In this document: positions 10,830 through 22,303 of the stretch, piece by piece
Layout of the letters: the number at the start of each line of letters is the position of its first letter
How positions within the stretch are numbered: position 1 is the stretch's first letter
Origin: Malacoraja senta
Taxonomy: Eukaryota
Assembly (NCBI GenBank): GCA_038087875.1
Contig: CM075990.1
Location: 620,001 to 684,000, forward strand
DNA: 64,000 nt
Direction of reading: 5' to 3'
The notes under the pieces: model-generated
Database searches by the model: none
Told to the model about the DNA's origin: nothing
Seen by the model: only the letters and a program-made list of their open reading frames with translations
Translations under genes and position numbers: made by a program

Positions 10830-12307
10830 TGGGTCTGCTTCTCTAAGAGCACAGATTTGCCTTTTTCCTGGAGCAACGAAGCTGCTTTGCAGTGGTGCTT
10901 AATAGGAGAGACTTAATACAGGGTAAAACACAACATAGCACAACAGTAACCACCAGCAGCGCAGCTCCAATGGTCACCCCCAACTTAGCCAACCATGCTC
11001 CCCAAGCTCCTAACATATTTTCTAGCCAATCAAAGAATTGATGTCCAAACCCCGCATTCTGCTTTAGCTCTTTTCTCAGATTCTTCAACTTATCCATTGC
11101 TTGAGTGAATGACCCCTCTGGGCTAGTATTGTTAGGTATGAAGGTGCAGCAGTGCTCCCCAAACAGGACACACACACATTGCTAATAACCTATCTAGGGC
11201 CTGCCTGTTCTGCCACGCCATCTTACTGGTGGCATCAAGCTGGTCCCAAAGGGCCGACAGTGCATCCTCAGTGTAATTAATAAATCTCTGCTGGTCAAAA
11301 TAAACATAGTTGATCCATTCTGTATTTTTTGCAGGCGTGATCCAAATGAGTATTGACTCCAACCTGGCAGCAATCTTACTCCTAGCTTTAAACTCATTGG
11401 GAATTCCTCTTGGTTGCCCTATTCCATCTAGGTAAACACCTTCAGAAAGGGTTTTATATGATCTAATCCTAGGGGTCTTTGCAAATATTTATTTTGGGCT
11501 ACGTACGAGGACGGGCTGTGCTAACATTACCCTAGCACACAATCCAGTCCAGTTGGGTGGGAGTGTGTTCCTGGCCCTGCCCCCACAAATCCAAAACCTA
11601 TCCGCTGCTGCTGCATCTGCTGTTAAAATAGTCCTGCAATCTGATAGCGAAATAGGGCTGTTAGACGTGGGCATATTTTGGGCTAACTGACTTTTTGATT
11701 GCATGTCCATATTGTGCTACAGCTGCCTGGGAAATTTCCTACTTGGGTGTACGCCTTTCACCGCAAGGCACTCATACTGTTTTGCAGTTGTAATTTCTAT
11801 CCCTAATGGTGGTTCGGGGTAGGGTTCTCTAACTCGTGTGAAGTTCCATAATGTGCATTGGTCTGCTGGAACCATCCCTTGTGTTGATCCTGCTGCGTTT
11901 AACCAATATACTGGATATTGAGAGATGTTTGACCACTGGATTATACTTTGCAGGAGTTTTGCACAATATGTATAGTTATGAGGATCCGGTACAGCCAGTG
12001 TTCTTCCTGTGGCCTTAGCACATACTATGCATTGTGGTAACCTCATAGCCTGTGCCGTGTATCGTGCCCACTTATACCAATCATTAGTGGCAGCTCTGCA
12101 CCATTCGGCCGAGCTATCGCGGTTCCTTGCCCCAAGGCCTCAAAGGCCTCGCACCTGTTCCCCTAACCCTGGTGAGGTGGTGGAGTTACCAGGCCATATC
12201 TGCCATGTTGATGGTTTCCAGGTCTGAGTGGGGAGGGACAGTATTGACATCCCCCAGCCCGCCCCTACCCATACTATCAGGAGGAGGAGAATCGTTCATG
12301 ACCTCAT
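10830..12307 (-). pseudogene. env: ERV-A envelope (gamma-type TM), frameshifted
   Basis: Signal peptide ILLLLIVWVGAG; YLDGIGQPRGIPNEFKAR; EWINYVYFDQQRFINYT; ISD-like WQNRQALDRLLA; CVLFGEHCC (CX6CC); TM helix. Confidence 0.9.
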
Positions 12308-12414
12308 TTACAACAGCCTCAGAGTCACTAGTGTCTCCAAAAACCTCACTTACTATCTGGTTAAAACTCTGCTTTTACCTTTTGTCTTCGTCCTCCTGTT
12401 CACTTACCTCAGAG

Positions 12415-14490
12415 TTAATATCGAGTCGTACCTGTGGGACAGCCCTTGTGCAATGATTGAGATGTTACCATGCAGATCAACCTTCTACCTGAACAGCGGT
12501 GGGCGAGGCCTTGGTTACCGTGTACGATCCTTCCCTTCTTGGTTCATTCCACTTCCTTCGAAGACTCGTACACAAACCTTGTCTTCGGATTTAATGGGTC
12601 CTTCCTCCTGGTCTACCTCCAGTTTCTTTAGCTTTTCCTGTGCATAAATAGATTTGTATCACAGTTAACTGTTGCATATACTGCTTAAGTTCTACCTCTA
12701 ACTGCTCCAAACTTGGTCCCTTGTAGGGACCTCTCCATTTGGGCACCGGCATGGGTTTTCCAGTGAGCATCCCATGTGTTGTCAAATGAGTTATGCGATA
12801 GCTCATCAGTGCCAATGGCAGGGCATCGATCCAATTCAACTGTATTTGCACAAATATTATTTAGCTTAGCCGTCAACGTCCCATTAATTCTTTCCACCAT
12901 GCCCTTTGAATGAGGGTGATACACACACCCAAACCTTTGTTTCATTCTCAGGGCCTGCAGCACCAGCTTGACTACTTTTTGAATAAAAGCCGATCCGTTG
13001 TCAGAGCTAATTTCTGTAGGTATACCAAACCTTGGGATTACTTCATTCATCAGAAACTTTACTACAGTCCCTGCACCTAAATCTTTGGAAGGTACTGCCT
13101 CCACCCACCTGCTAAATCTATCAATCACTACTAACATGTACATTTTCCCTCTTACCGTCTTTATCATATCCACATAGTCGATCACCAGGTGCCTAAATGG
13201 CCCTTCAGGCACAGGAATGTGACCTATAGGCGTTGTTATTCCCTTTCTAACATTGTTTTGATCACATACCTCACACTGTGACAATATGTGGTCTACCGAA
13301 GCCTGTAAATAGGGTGACCCATCCTTTGTTACCTTTCTTATTATTTCCTCCCTTGTGCAATGGTCTAACCCATGCGCTTCTGAAATGAGAATGGTCAGCA
13401 ATGGTGTGGGTGCTACCTACAATCCTTCTTCAGTAGTCCACAGACCCTCCGAGTTCTGCTCAGCTCCCCTTTGTCTCCACATTGTTTGTTCTGCTAAGGT
13501 TGCCTTATCTAGCATTTCAATTATGTTCTCCTCTGTGGGTTAAAGATCCAAGCTTACCTGAGGTGCAATAACAGCTGATCAGCATCCAGACGCTGTTCTG
13601 GCTGCTTCGTCTGCAGTGTGATTTCCCTTTGTAATCATGTCATTTCCCTTCTTATGTGCCTGGTACTTAATGACAGCTAGTGCCCTAGGCTTCATCATTG
13701 CCCTTATCAGGTCTGAAATTTGCTAATAATGGTGTATGGGGTCTCCGTTGCTTTTCTTAAAGCCTCTCTGTTTCCATACTGCCCCAAACAAGTGACAGAC
13801 TCCGTGTCCATATACTGAGTCTGCATAAATATCGACTTTCTCACCTTCCATCATTTCACATGCTGCTATTAAAGCCTTAATTTCTGCCAACTGGGCTGAG
13901 CAAGGTTGCGGGCAAGCATCCAATTTGATTATCTGAAATTCTGTTTGGTCCTATTGCACCACTGCAAACCCTGCATGATTGCCATTATGATCCCTATAAC
14001 AAGAACCATCCACAAACAAGACCTTTTTGTCCTCATCGTTCAATTGCTCTGACTAAATCCGTTCTCAACTTAGAAAATACCATCGTTTTTTCTACACAAT
14101 CATGGGGCTCTCCCTCATGACCAAACGGGACATAATCAGCCATATTACTTGTGGTACACCTTTGTATAGTAATATCTGGAAATGTCAATAACATCTGAAA
14201 CGCTGTTATCCTGGCCGGTGTCAACACAAATGTTCCCTTCTCCAACAGTCCTGCTACCTTATGGTGTGTGTATATGATCACGGGATAGCCCATGGTCATA
14301 GACGATGCTTTTCATTTGCATAGTACAATGCGGCCAATCCCTGACTGTTCCTGAGGTTGGGTATCCCTGAGCTACCTCATCTAATTTTGTACTGTAATAT
14401 GCTATAGGCTGCTTTGCTTTACCTATGCCGTTTCCTGTGTCAGTACTGCTGCAGTGTAGCCCTCCTGCGTTATCCTCACTTCTACCTGTA
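12415..14490 (-). pseudogene. pol: ERV-A pol remnant (RT tether, RNase H, integrase); protease and RT core absent
   Basis: PIAYYSTKLD; FVDGS..SAQLAE..IYADS; HGLDH..CEVC; PFRHLVIDY, DRFSRWVEA, SDNGSAF, GMVERIN. Confidence 0.92.
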
Positions 14491-14974
14491 TGTCTTCCCA
14501 TTCCAATCCTTCTTGTAGTGCATTATTTCTCATTCTAAACTCTATTTCTTGATTGTCAGATATTCTAACCTTCCTTTGCGAATCCTTCACCTTTCTTTTT
14601 AAATCCTCCACTAAATCCTCATCCTTTATTGCACTCGCATTCCCCCTATCGCTTCCCGATTCTGTTCCTCCTCACTGCCTTGCCCCCCTTTCAGTGACTA
14701 CCTGTCCATCACTTTCCAATCCTGTCTATCACTTTCCTCGCTCCACCCTTCTGCTGAATAGATGCCTCAAAACCCCTCTGGTTCCTCAGGTCCTGCAGCC
14801 TCCTGACATCCACTTCTAATTCCCTTATTTCTTGCTTCATCGTTTCTCTTTCTCTATGTCCCCTTCTCTGTTTATATTCCCTTATTTCCTTCTCATCGTC
14901 CCAAATTGCAACCTCTCCTTCTACCTCCACAATTCCCTTGGAGCACTGCTTTGTACCGTCCGGGCCTGGATAGG
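14490..14974 (-). pseudogene. gag: ERV-A gag continuation downstream of the ERV-B insertion
   Basis: Charged, frameshifted ORFs that continue the gag broken at the TAGG TSD (21872-21875 / 14971-14974). Confidence 0.6.
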
Positions 14975-15781
14975 TGTTAATCCCGGCAAAATTGGAGCAG
15001 CTAGGACTTCAAAATGGGGTTACGTTTCAGGGTTGCTGGGAGATTTGGTCAAAAATTGGAATTGTTCTCTGCAGAACTGGGACAAGCTGCAGAGAGGTGC
15101 CAGAGTGTCTGGAGCTTAGATACAATTTGCAAGCAAAGAATGGGAAGATCTGCAAACCATGTCAATCTGGTGCAAAATTTGAGGAGAAAGTGTTTAAGTT
15201 AGATATTCGTATTTGTTTAATATCGTTTTGTAAGAATCTGAATCGGGGTGGTTTGATCAGGGGTTGTACTCCGTCGATCACTGCGCCGGGGGTGGAGTCA
15301 TCCCGCTGATTGATTGCGCCATGAGGAAGATTAATTAGAGTGGGGTTTACTGGATGCTTATAGTTTATATTGGGGTGTGTTTTGGGTTATTGATAATCGG
15401 GGGAATATTTTCATTTTTAGTTATAGTTTTGTTAGCGTGGTTTGGGTTCATTTGTTTGTGCCAACTTAAAGTTATTTAAGCGAGAGAGACTGCTGCGTGA
15501 GAGACTGCGAGTGGGAGTTAGACACTTTGTTTGAAAGTTTGGAATTGAATGCAGTGATTGTGATTTAACTGATAAGAGAGTTGGAAGAGACTGAATAGGA
15601 GCGAGTGGTTTGAATAATTAAACATGAGTGATTGCTAGAGTAAGTGTGAATCAGAAAGATCGTTGACCATTGTGTGGGAGAAATTCCATTGACCTTGCAG
15701 TCTGAGAGTAGTAGTAAGAAAAAGAGGTGTTAGTGTCTGGAACCTTTATTTTACTATTTGTGTTTTGTCCCTTGTTCCGAG

Positions 15782-17291
15782 ATGGGGAATGTCTCGATCA
15801 AACAGATTGGAGAGCCCGATAAGGATAATTTGCGGGGAGCTTCCAAATGAAGCGGATAGACTGAGAGCATTATCAGGGAAATTAAATGCAATTTTAAAAG
15901 ACCAACTTTGGCCGTTGGGGGGAATAAATTCTTTAATCGGGATAAACTATATAGAGACGATCGTTAAAAAATATGGGAATAGTGAAGAAGCAAACGAGTT
16001 AATTGAGATGTGGAAGATATTCTTCACTAAAAGAAAAATAAATAAATAAATTGTTTTGCTGCCCACCCTAAGAATGGCGGCTTGTAAATTGGGAATAGGT
16101 GAAGACGATAGAAATGATCCTTCTCAGGACATTTCAGAGTGGGGACAAGGAGAACTAATAATCCAACAGCAGGAGCAGGAGAGAGTATCGTCTTTTGAAA
16201 TGGAGACTGCTGAAACGGCTCTTAAATGGAAGGTGCCGACGGAAATTAAATCGGGTAAATCGGGTAAGAATGAGAAAGGGGCTGCACACCTTGAAGGGAC
16301 TTGTATGCCAGGGTGGGCAGAATTCTTCGGAGTAGATATAGAGCCACAGTATTCCTCACAGAACTCTCATGTTCCCAATTTGGAGAAACCATGCGCAGCC
16401 TGCGAGCGGGGCACACGGGAGGAGTCAGTGTTAACTTTGGCTCCTCCCTCTAAAATTAAATCTATCGTAGAAACATCAGGGAGAGATCTTCTATCTCCCA
16501 GGGGAGGACAATAGGGGAAACCAAGGAGCTAGAAAGAAGTCTTTGTAGTGGCCTGGATGAGGTCAGGAAAAGGCCAGATGCCAGGTAGGTTCAGAAGTCG
16601 TTTTAATGAATCATGGCAAACACACAGAACGCCCGCGAGCAGGACCCGGGAAACCCCGTGGGCAGACAATTGTCCCTGTCCCTCAAGAGCTGAGGGGGAT
16701 GACCCAAGGAGTGACCTAACCCCCAGGGACCGCCACAACTTCATCCACATGGGTGCCAAAATTAATTAGGGATTCTAGTAGTGAAAGAATAAAAGAATCT
16801 TTCTTGAAGTACCGGGATAAAACAAATAGCCTTTCAGGGGATGAGATAAGGGGAGAATATGGATGGATTGGTTCGGACATAAATAATATTATGGTGTCAA
16901 ACAATTCAGCACGGAAGAGGATTTAGTAAGAACATCCTGTAGACAATGTGTTTGTAGGGAGATGCCCGCATCATGTATAAATGTTCCACAGACCACAGAC
17001 AGTCAGACATCAAGGCAACCTGGTTCAACGGCAGCCTGGCGATTAGAGGTCCGAATAAAAAAGATAAGAACAAATGAGGATAAGGAGGAAGAAGACCTTA
17101 TGGCCTGGATAGACCTCCCATTTACAGAACCAACATTTCCTAGGTTTGCCTGGCGAGGTTGTAGAGCAATCCGGCCCGATCAGCGTTTTAGTTGTGGGGG
17201 ACTAGGGCACTGGAGTCGTTCGTGTCCCATGAGAGAATATCATCAGGAAGGAAGGGGGCAGAGAAGGAAGCTATGGGGTCACGGAAACTGA
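15782..17291 (+). pseudogene. gag: ERV-B gag remnant
   Basis: ATG GGG AAT (MGN) start; matrix-like LWPLGG; degenerate zinc knuckle (R)FSCGGLGHWSRSC; many frameshifts. Confidence 0.65.
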
Positions 17292-18860
17292 TGGATTCCA
17301 AGGGGGTACCGAGGCTCCTGTGACCCTGAAGGTAGAGGATGGGGACGCTGGCATGGGGGATCAGAGGGAAGGGACATTCCAACAGTCCAACCCATTTTTG
17401 GTAGCCCTGACGTGCCAGTTAGCAGCAATACCATCTGATAAAATAAAAGGCATCCTCACCTGACCTAAGAAACAGTACTGTACATTAAACAGGAACACCA
17501 CCCCTTCCAAATAGGAGAAAATACATTGAATCTGACTCTCAGAGAACCCTCACTAAAGGAAGAAGTACGATAGGGAAACATAGTAGCTAGCGGGAGGAGA
17601 GATAACAACATAAGGAATGGAAATGGCATTAGGGAGAGAAGAAACAAAATTACCATGCAGGAGGAATGGGAGTGGGGAAAGAAGATATTGAATTAATGTA
17701 TTGCTGAGTTTTATGCCTGCAGGACAGTATGTCAACAAGAGACTGTCTGAGGTGTGAGGTAAAAGAATGCACAGACCCCTAAGAACAGGAAGAAGCCAGC
17801 AAAAGGTAATGTAGCTCTCCAGAAAAAGGTGACCAGCAGGAAGAATTGATAGTGTCCTGCCCCTTTAAGACACTTGGGAAGGCCAGCAGGCAGAGCGACA
17901 CGCTCCTCAGTATCTCCACTCCCAAGCAACTGAAACCATCAATAGAAAGGAGGAAGAAAATGACCTACCCTAGTGCCCAACTTTAATATCACCTAGCTAC
18001 TGAAGGAAAAAAAGGAAGGAGAATAAAGGACACTTTAATCATCTTTGAAAGAAACAACGCCGACGACATAATGACTTCTGGGACAAACCTCACAATAAAG
18101 TTTCAAATAAAATATTTATCTGTGGTTTGGAGTAAAATACCTGAATTGCATCTAAATTATGGGTTTTAGAAATAAATTTATAAATGTTGGACTCGGTCTC
18201 GAAATTGTATGGTGATGAATTGGAGGGACTAAAATTTTCAAGATTTGGAATAGACTTGTGGAATCTGACTTAGGACGAATTGGAGTTTGATTATCAACTG
18301 ACATTGTTATTATCTCATCCCCAGAAAGACGGACAAAGATGGAAAGGATTATTCAAAGGGCATCAAGAAGGATGGAACTTGTGAAGATCTGGTAACATGG
18401 AGTTACTTAGGGAATATGAGGGAATTAAATTCGGTATTAAAATTGGAATTAAACTCGAAAATAAAAATGGGAATGGCAATTGGAATTGGAATATAATTGG
18501 AAATGGTCAAAAGAGGAACTGTGAGCAGCAGGACTTCCCTTTGAGAGACCGGATTAAGAAATTATTCAGCAGTTAAGAACTGTAAAAGTGAGAACCCCAA
18601 GACAAAGAACGAAGCCAACATAGTAATGAGCCAACATAGTAATGAGCTGATAGAGTAAAGAATCAACATAGTGGAGAGTCAGCATAGTAACGAGTTACCA
18701 TAGTGAGGAGTGCATACATAAATAAGAGGAGATACTGGAAGAAAGACTTGGTTAACTGTAGGGGGAAACTTGAATTGTATTGGGAATAGCAGAGCCGATG
18801 TGTATTTGCCCGATGGATTTGAATTGTTTTACCTTTGATGGTAAAGCGGCTTATATTACC

Positions 18861-19443
18861 GGTACCCGGACGTGGCGCCGATAGACAAGAAGCTAAAGCA
18901 AAGATGTCGAAGCCAAAGAACGGAATGGAAACGAGGCCGAAACGCCAATAAACCGTAAGAGTCCGAAAACGAAACGCCTACTAAACGAAATTATGGGGCG
19001 CCTAAATGGAAACTAACCGAAAGGGCGGAACGCCTAAATCCCAAGGAACCGAAAAACTGCGTCGCCTAAAAGCAAACTTACCGAATGGCCGCTCTGTCGA
19101 AACGCCACCTACCCGAAAGGCGGCGTCACCTACAGGCCAAAGGACCTGGACCAATCGCTGACAAGTCCCGCCCCCCAACAACGTCAAGTCCGTTATTGGA
19201 CTTTTCTGTTGAGCGGCAGTCGGTCCTTTGGCCTGTAGGCGACGACGCCTTTTGGGTAGGTGGCGTTTCGACAGAACGGCCATTCTGTAAGTTTGCTTTT
19301 AGGCGACGCAGCTTTTCGGTTAGTAGGCGTTTCATCTTCGGACTCTTTCGGTTTATTGTCGTTTCGGCCTCACTTCCATTCCATTCTTTGGCTTCGACTT
19401 CGTTGCTTCGGCCTCTCATCGATCGGCGCCACGTCCGCACACG
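18861..19443. mobile_element. Long-palindromic non-autonomous DNA transposon, 8-bp TSD (copy 1)
   Basis: Imperfect inverted arms of ~280 bp; flanks ATATTACC / ATATTATC. Confidence 0.85.
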
Positions 19444-19867
19444 ATATTATCAAGGTGGAAAGAAATTGTCCCTGGATTTGGCATTTTTGATTGGACTTAG
19501 GATAAATGTAATAGTAAGGGAAATTGATTGTTTAAATTTGAACAGCTGGGAATTCCACAGGAATTGGAATGGAATTGTATTATCGGCTACAATGCTGTGG
19601 GATGAGAAGAGGAAATGGGCATTGAAATTCGAAAAAGTAAATTGAAGGCTGAGACTGAATTTGGTTAAATTGGAATGTTTATCATGGTTTGCTTCAAATT
19701 AAAGTCACGCCAGTAGGGGAATCTGGACCGAACCCAGCTGAAATGTATATGATTACCTGTCATCAGATATACATAGTATAACACCGTGTGAGTATGAAGA
19801 AGGCTAATTAGTGTTGATCCTAGAATAATAAAGAATAAATTGGGGAACGGAATAGGGATATAGTAAT

Positions 19868-20705
19868 AGATTCAAGATTCAAGAGACATTTATTGTCACA
19901 TGCACCAATTGGTACAGTGAAATTTGGGGTCACCATACAGCCATACGAATAAAAAAAGAACACAGAACACGATAGTCTTTAACATAAACATCCCCACACA
20001 GTGGAATCAAAGTTTCCCACTGTGAGGTAAGGCACCAAAGTTCAGTCATCCTCCTCTTGATGTTCTTTGTTGTTCACCCGTGGTTGGGGCCTCTCGAGCC
20101 CCCTGCAGTCGCCGCAACGGTGGCCCAATGTTCAGGCCCTCTCGCCGGGATGATGGAACTCCGACGTCAGAACGGAGAACACCCTCAGTGGCTTGGACTT
20201 CCGAATCAGCCACTTCTTACTGGAGACCGCGGATCCCGAAGTCCACAGGCCGGGCTGGGCGGAGATTCACACTGGCGGCCCTCGGCAAAGGGATCCCAGG
20301 ACTCCGCGATGTTGAAGTCAGCGCCGCCCGTGGCTGAAAGCTCCCCAAACCACAGCTCCACGATGTTGAAGCAGCAGGCCCAACGCTCCGGAGCTTCAAA
20401 CGGCGATCCCAGGTAAGGCATCGCCCACTCTGCGATAAATCCAGTGCTGCTGAAACTTTGGTCGGTCTCCGGCAGGAGAGGCCGTGCCAATCCAGTTGGT
20501 AGGCCACGAGGGGTGGGAGCGAGGATGCGACTTGGAGAATAATCGCATCCTGGGAAACATTTTCCCCCTTATCCTCCCCACCTACCCCACATAAAAATAC
20601 TAGGAAACTCCAACACATACTTTTTAAACAGACTAAAAATTAAAAAAAGATGGAAAAGCAGACAGACTGTAGGCAGAGGCTGCCATCATGCGGCGCCCCT
20701 AGTGG
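19868..20705 (-). mobile_element. Non-autonomous LINE-tailed (Rex1/L2-type) retroelement
   Basis: GC-rich body; minus-strand GACAATAAA followed by a (TCTTGAA)n tail; second copy at 40377-41215. Confidence 0.65.
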
Positions 20706-21875
20706 ATACGGGTGCAATATAATAGGTTCAATAGATAATAGAATAGGAATAGGTTCAAATGAAATAGAAGTAATGAATGTGTGGGAAAGTAAGAGTGCGT
20801 GATGGTAACTTGCTTTGTCCCAAACTTCTTAGGATTTTCTAGGGTTTAGGTTCAACTGTGGAAGATGATGGAAGACTGGGCAGGAACACGGATGGAGGGA
20901 ATTCACGCCCATGAAAACTCGGGAGGTGAAGACTCCTCAGACAGAACTTGTGAAGTCATGCCCATGAAAATTCAGGACGCTTGTCAAGATTCTGAGAAGA
21001 AACATCATCATCTTGTGTTACTGATGGATGGGAAATGCAAAGCACACTTATGTATATCTGGTTAGCTGATTATTGAGCCACTTTGGTTATCATTAATGAT
21101 GGGTTATCATTATGATTAAAGGAAGGAATGTTAATCCTGGCTAAATTGGAGCAGCTAGGACTTCAAAATGGGGTTAAGTTTGAGGGTTGCTGGGAGATTT
21201 GGTCAAATTGGAATTACTCTCTGCAGAGCTGGGACAAGCTGCAGAGAGGTGCCAGAGTGTCTGGAGCTTAGATACAATTTGCAAGCAAAGAATGGGATAC
21301 TCTGCAAACCCTGTCAATCTGGTGCAAAATGCATAGAATGGATTGGATGGCTGCAAACCAGACATACACCTTATAAATAGTTGTAAATAATGTTGCAGAG
21401 TTTGACTTTGCCAAGTGTTGATTGGATAAGGTGTTGAGCCTTGTCTGGGTTTTCTGTAAATCAGGGTAAATGTTTCCAAGTTGACTTCCTCTCGAAGTCC
21501 GTTTTCAATACAATGTATTGAACTGTTGTATCATTGGGTTAGGGGAATGGCTGTTATGTATGGGATTAATCGATATCTGTAATTGGGTTATTGAGAGACC
21601 ACCCGCATGTGATTCGGCCCATTGAGGACCCGGGACATATAAAAGTCTGGAAGAGCGCTCGGGAATGCGTGAACTTCATGTGTGCCTCAGTCTGAGCGAG
21701 GCCTAGAGGGCTTGAAAAGGCGGACACGAGGATCGAACCGGCGGTGGGATAGATACAGTGTGTGATCTGTGACGCGCTTTTGGTAAAATATAATTTAGTT
21801 GTTTCAAGTGCTTGATGCAGTGTTTTTACTGAAACTAGACTGGGGGGAAGCTTAGAAACGAGAAATTATCATAGG

Positions 21876-22303
21876 GAGATGCACTGCTTTGTACCATCCA
21901 GGCCTGGATTGGAGGGGGATTCCTTGGGTCTTTCAAGCTTGGATATAAGGTCGGCTTTTTTCCTTGGAGTTTCTGGCTTTTCCGTTCTCTCACCCTCTTC
22001 CCTTGTCATATTTACCACCTGGTATAATTTCCTCAACCTCTCTCCTTCCGCTCTAAAGAGCTTAAGTACATCTAACTCCTTTTCTCTCTTCTTTTTTTGC
22101 GTTTCCAACATATCTTTGGACCTATAATTCTTAATTACCACTTCCATCTCGTCACACATATTTATATCAAAAGTGCCTTCCTTGGGCCACTTTGTCAGCA
22201 ATTTTTCCGTACTTTTTTCCCATTTCTCAGAGTGCTGTATAATGTCCTCTTTAGATACAGGGAATGTTTTACTTAGTAGTTCAACTGCAGTTACCTTACT
22301 CAT
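21876..22303 (-). pseudogene. gag: ERV-A gag N-terminus (matrix), copy 1
   Basis: MSKVTAVELL...KWPKEGTFD (matrix WPxxGTFD motif); cut by ERV-B. Confidence 0.8.

Larger units (their letters stand above)
14975..21871 (+). mobile_element. ERV-B: defective LTR retroelement inserted in ERV-A gag (copy 1)
   Basis: TG..CA ends; 4-bp TSD TAGG; 5' LTR truncated (14975-~15178); PPT AAAGGAAGGAA before the 3' LTR at 21129-21871; gag remnant. Confidence 0.9.

Noticed and set aside
19002..20618. Overlapping ORFs on both strands (also 39174-41128, 51198-51716, 56539-57277)
   Set aside because: GC-rich or palindromic repeat sequence lacking stops; no protein motifs
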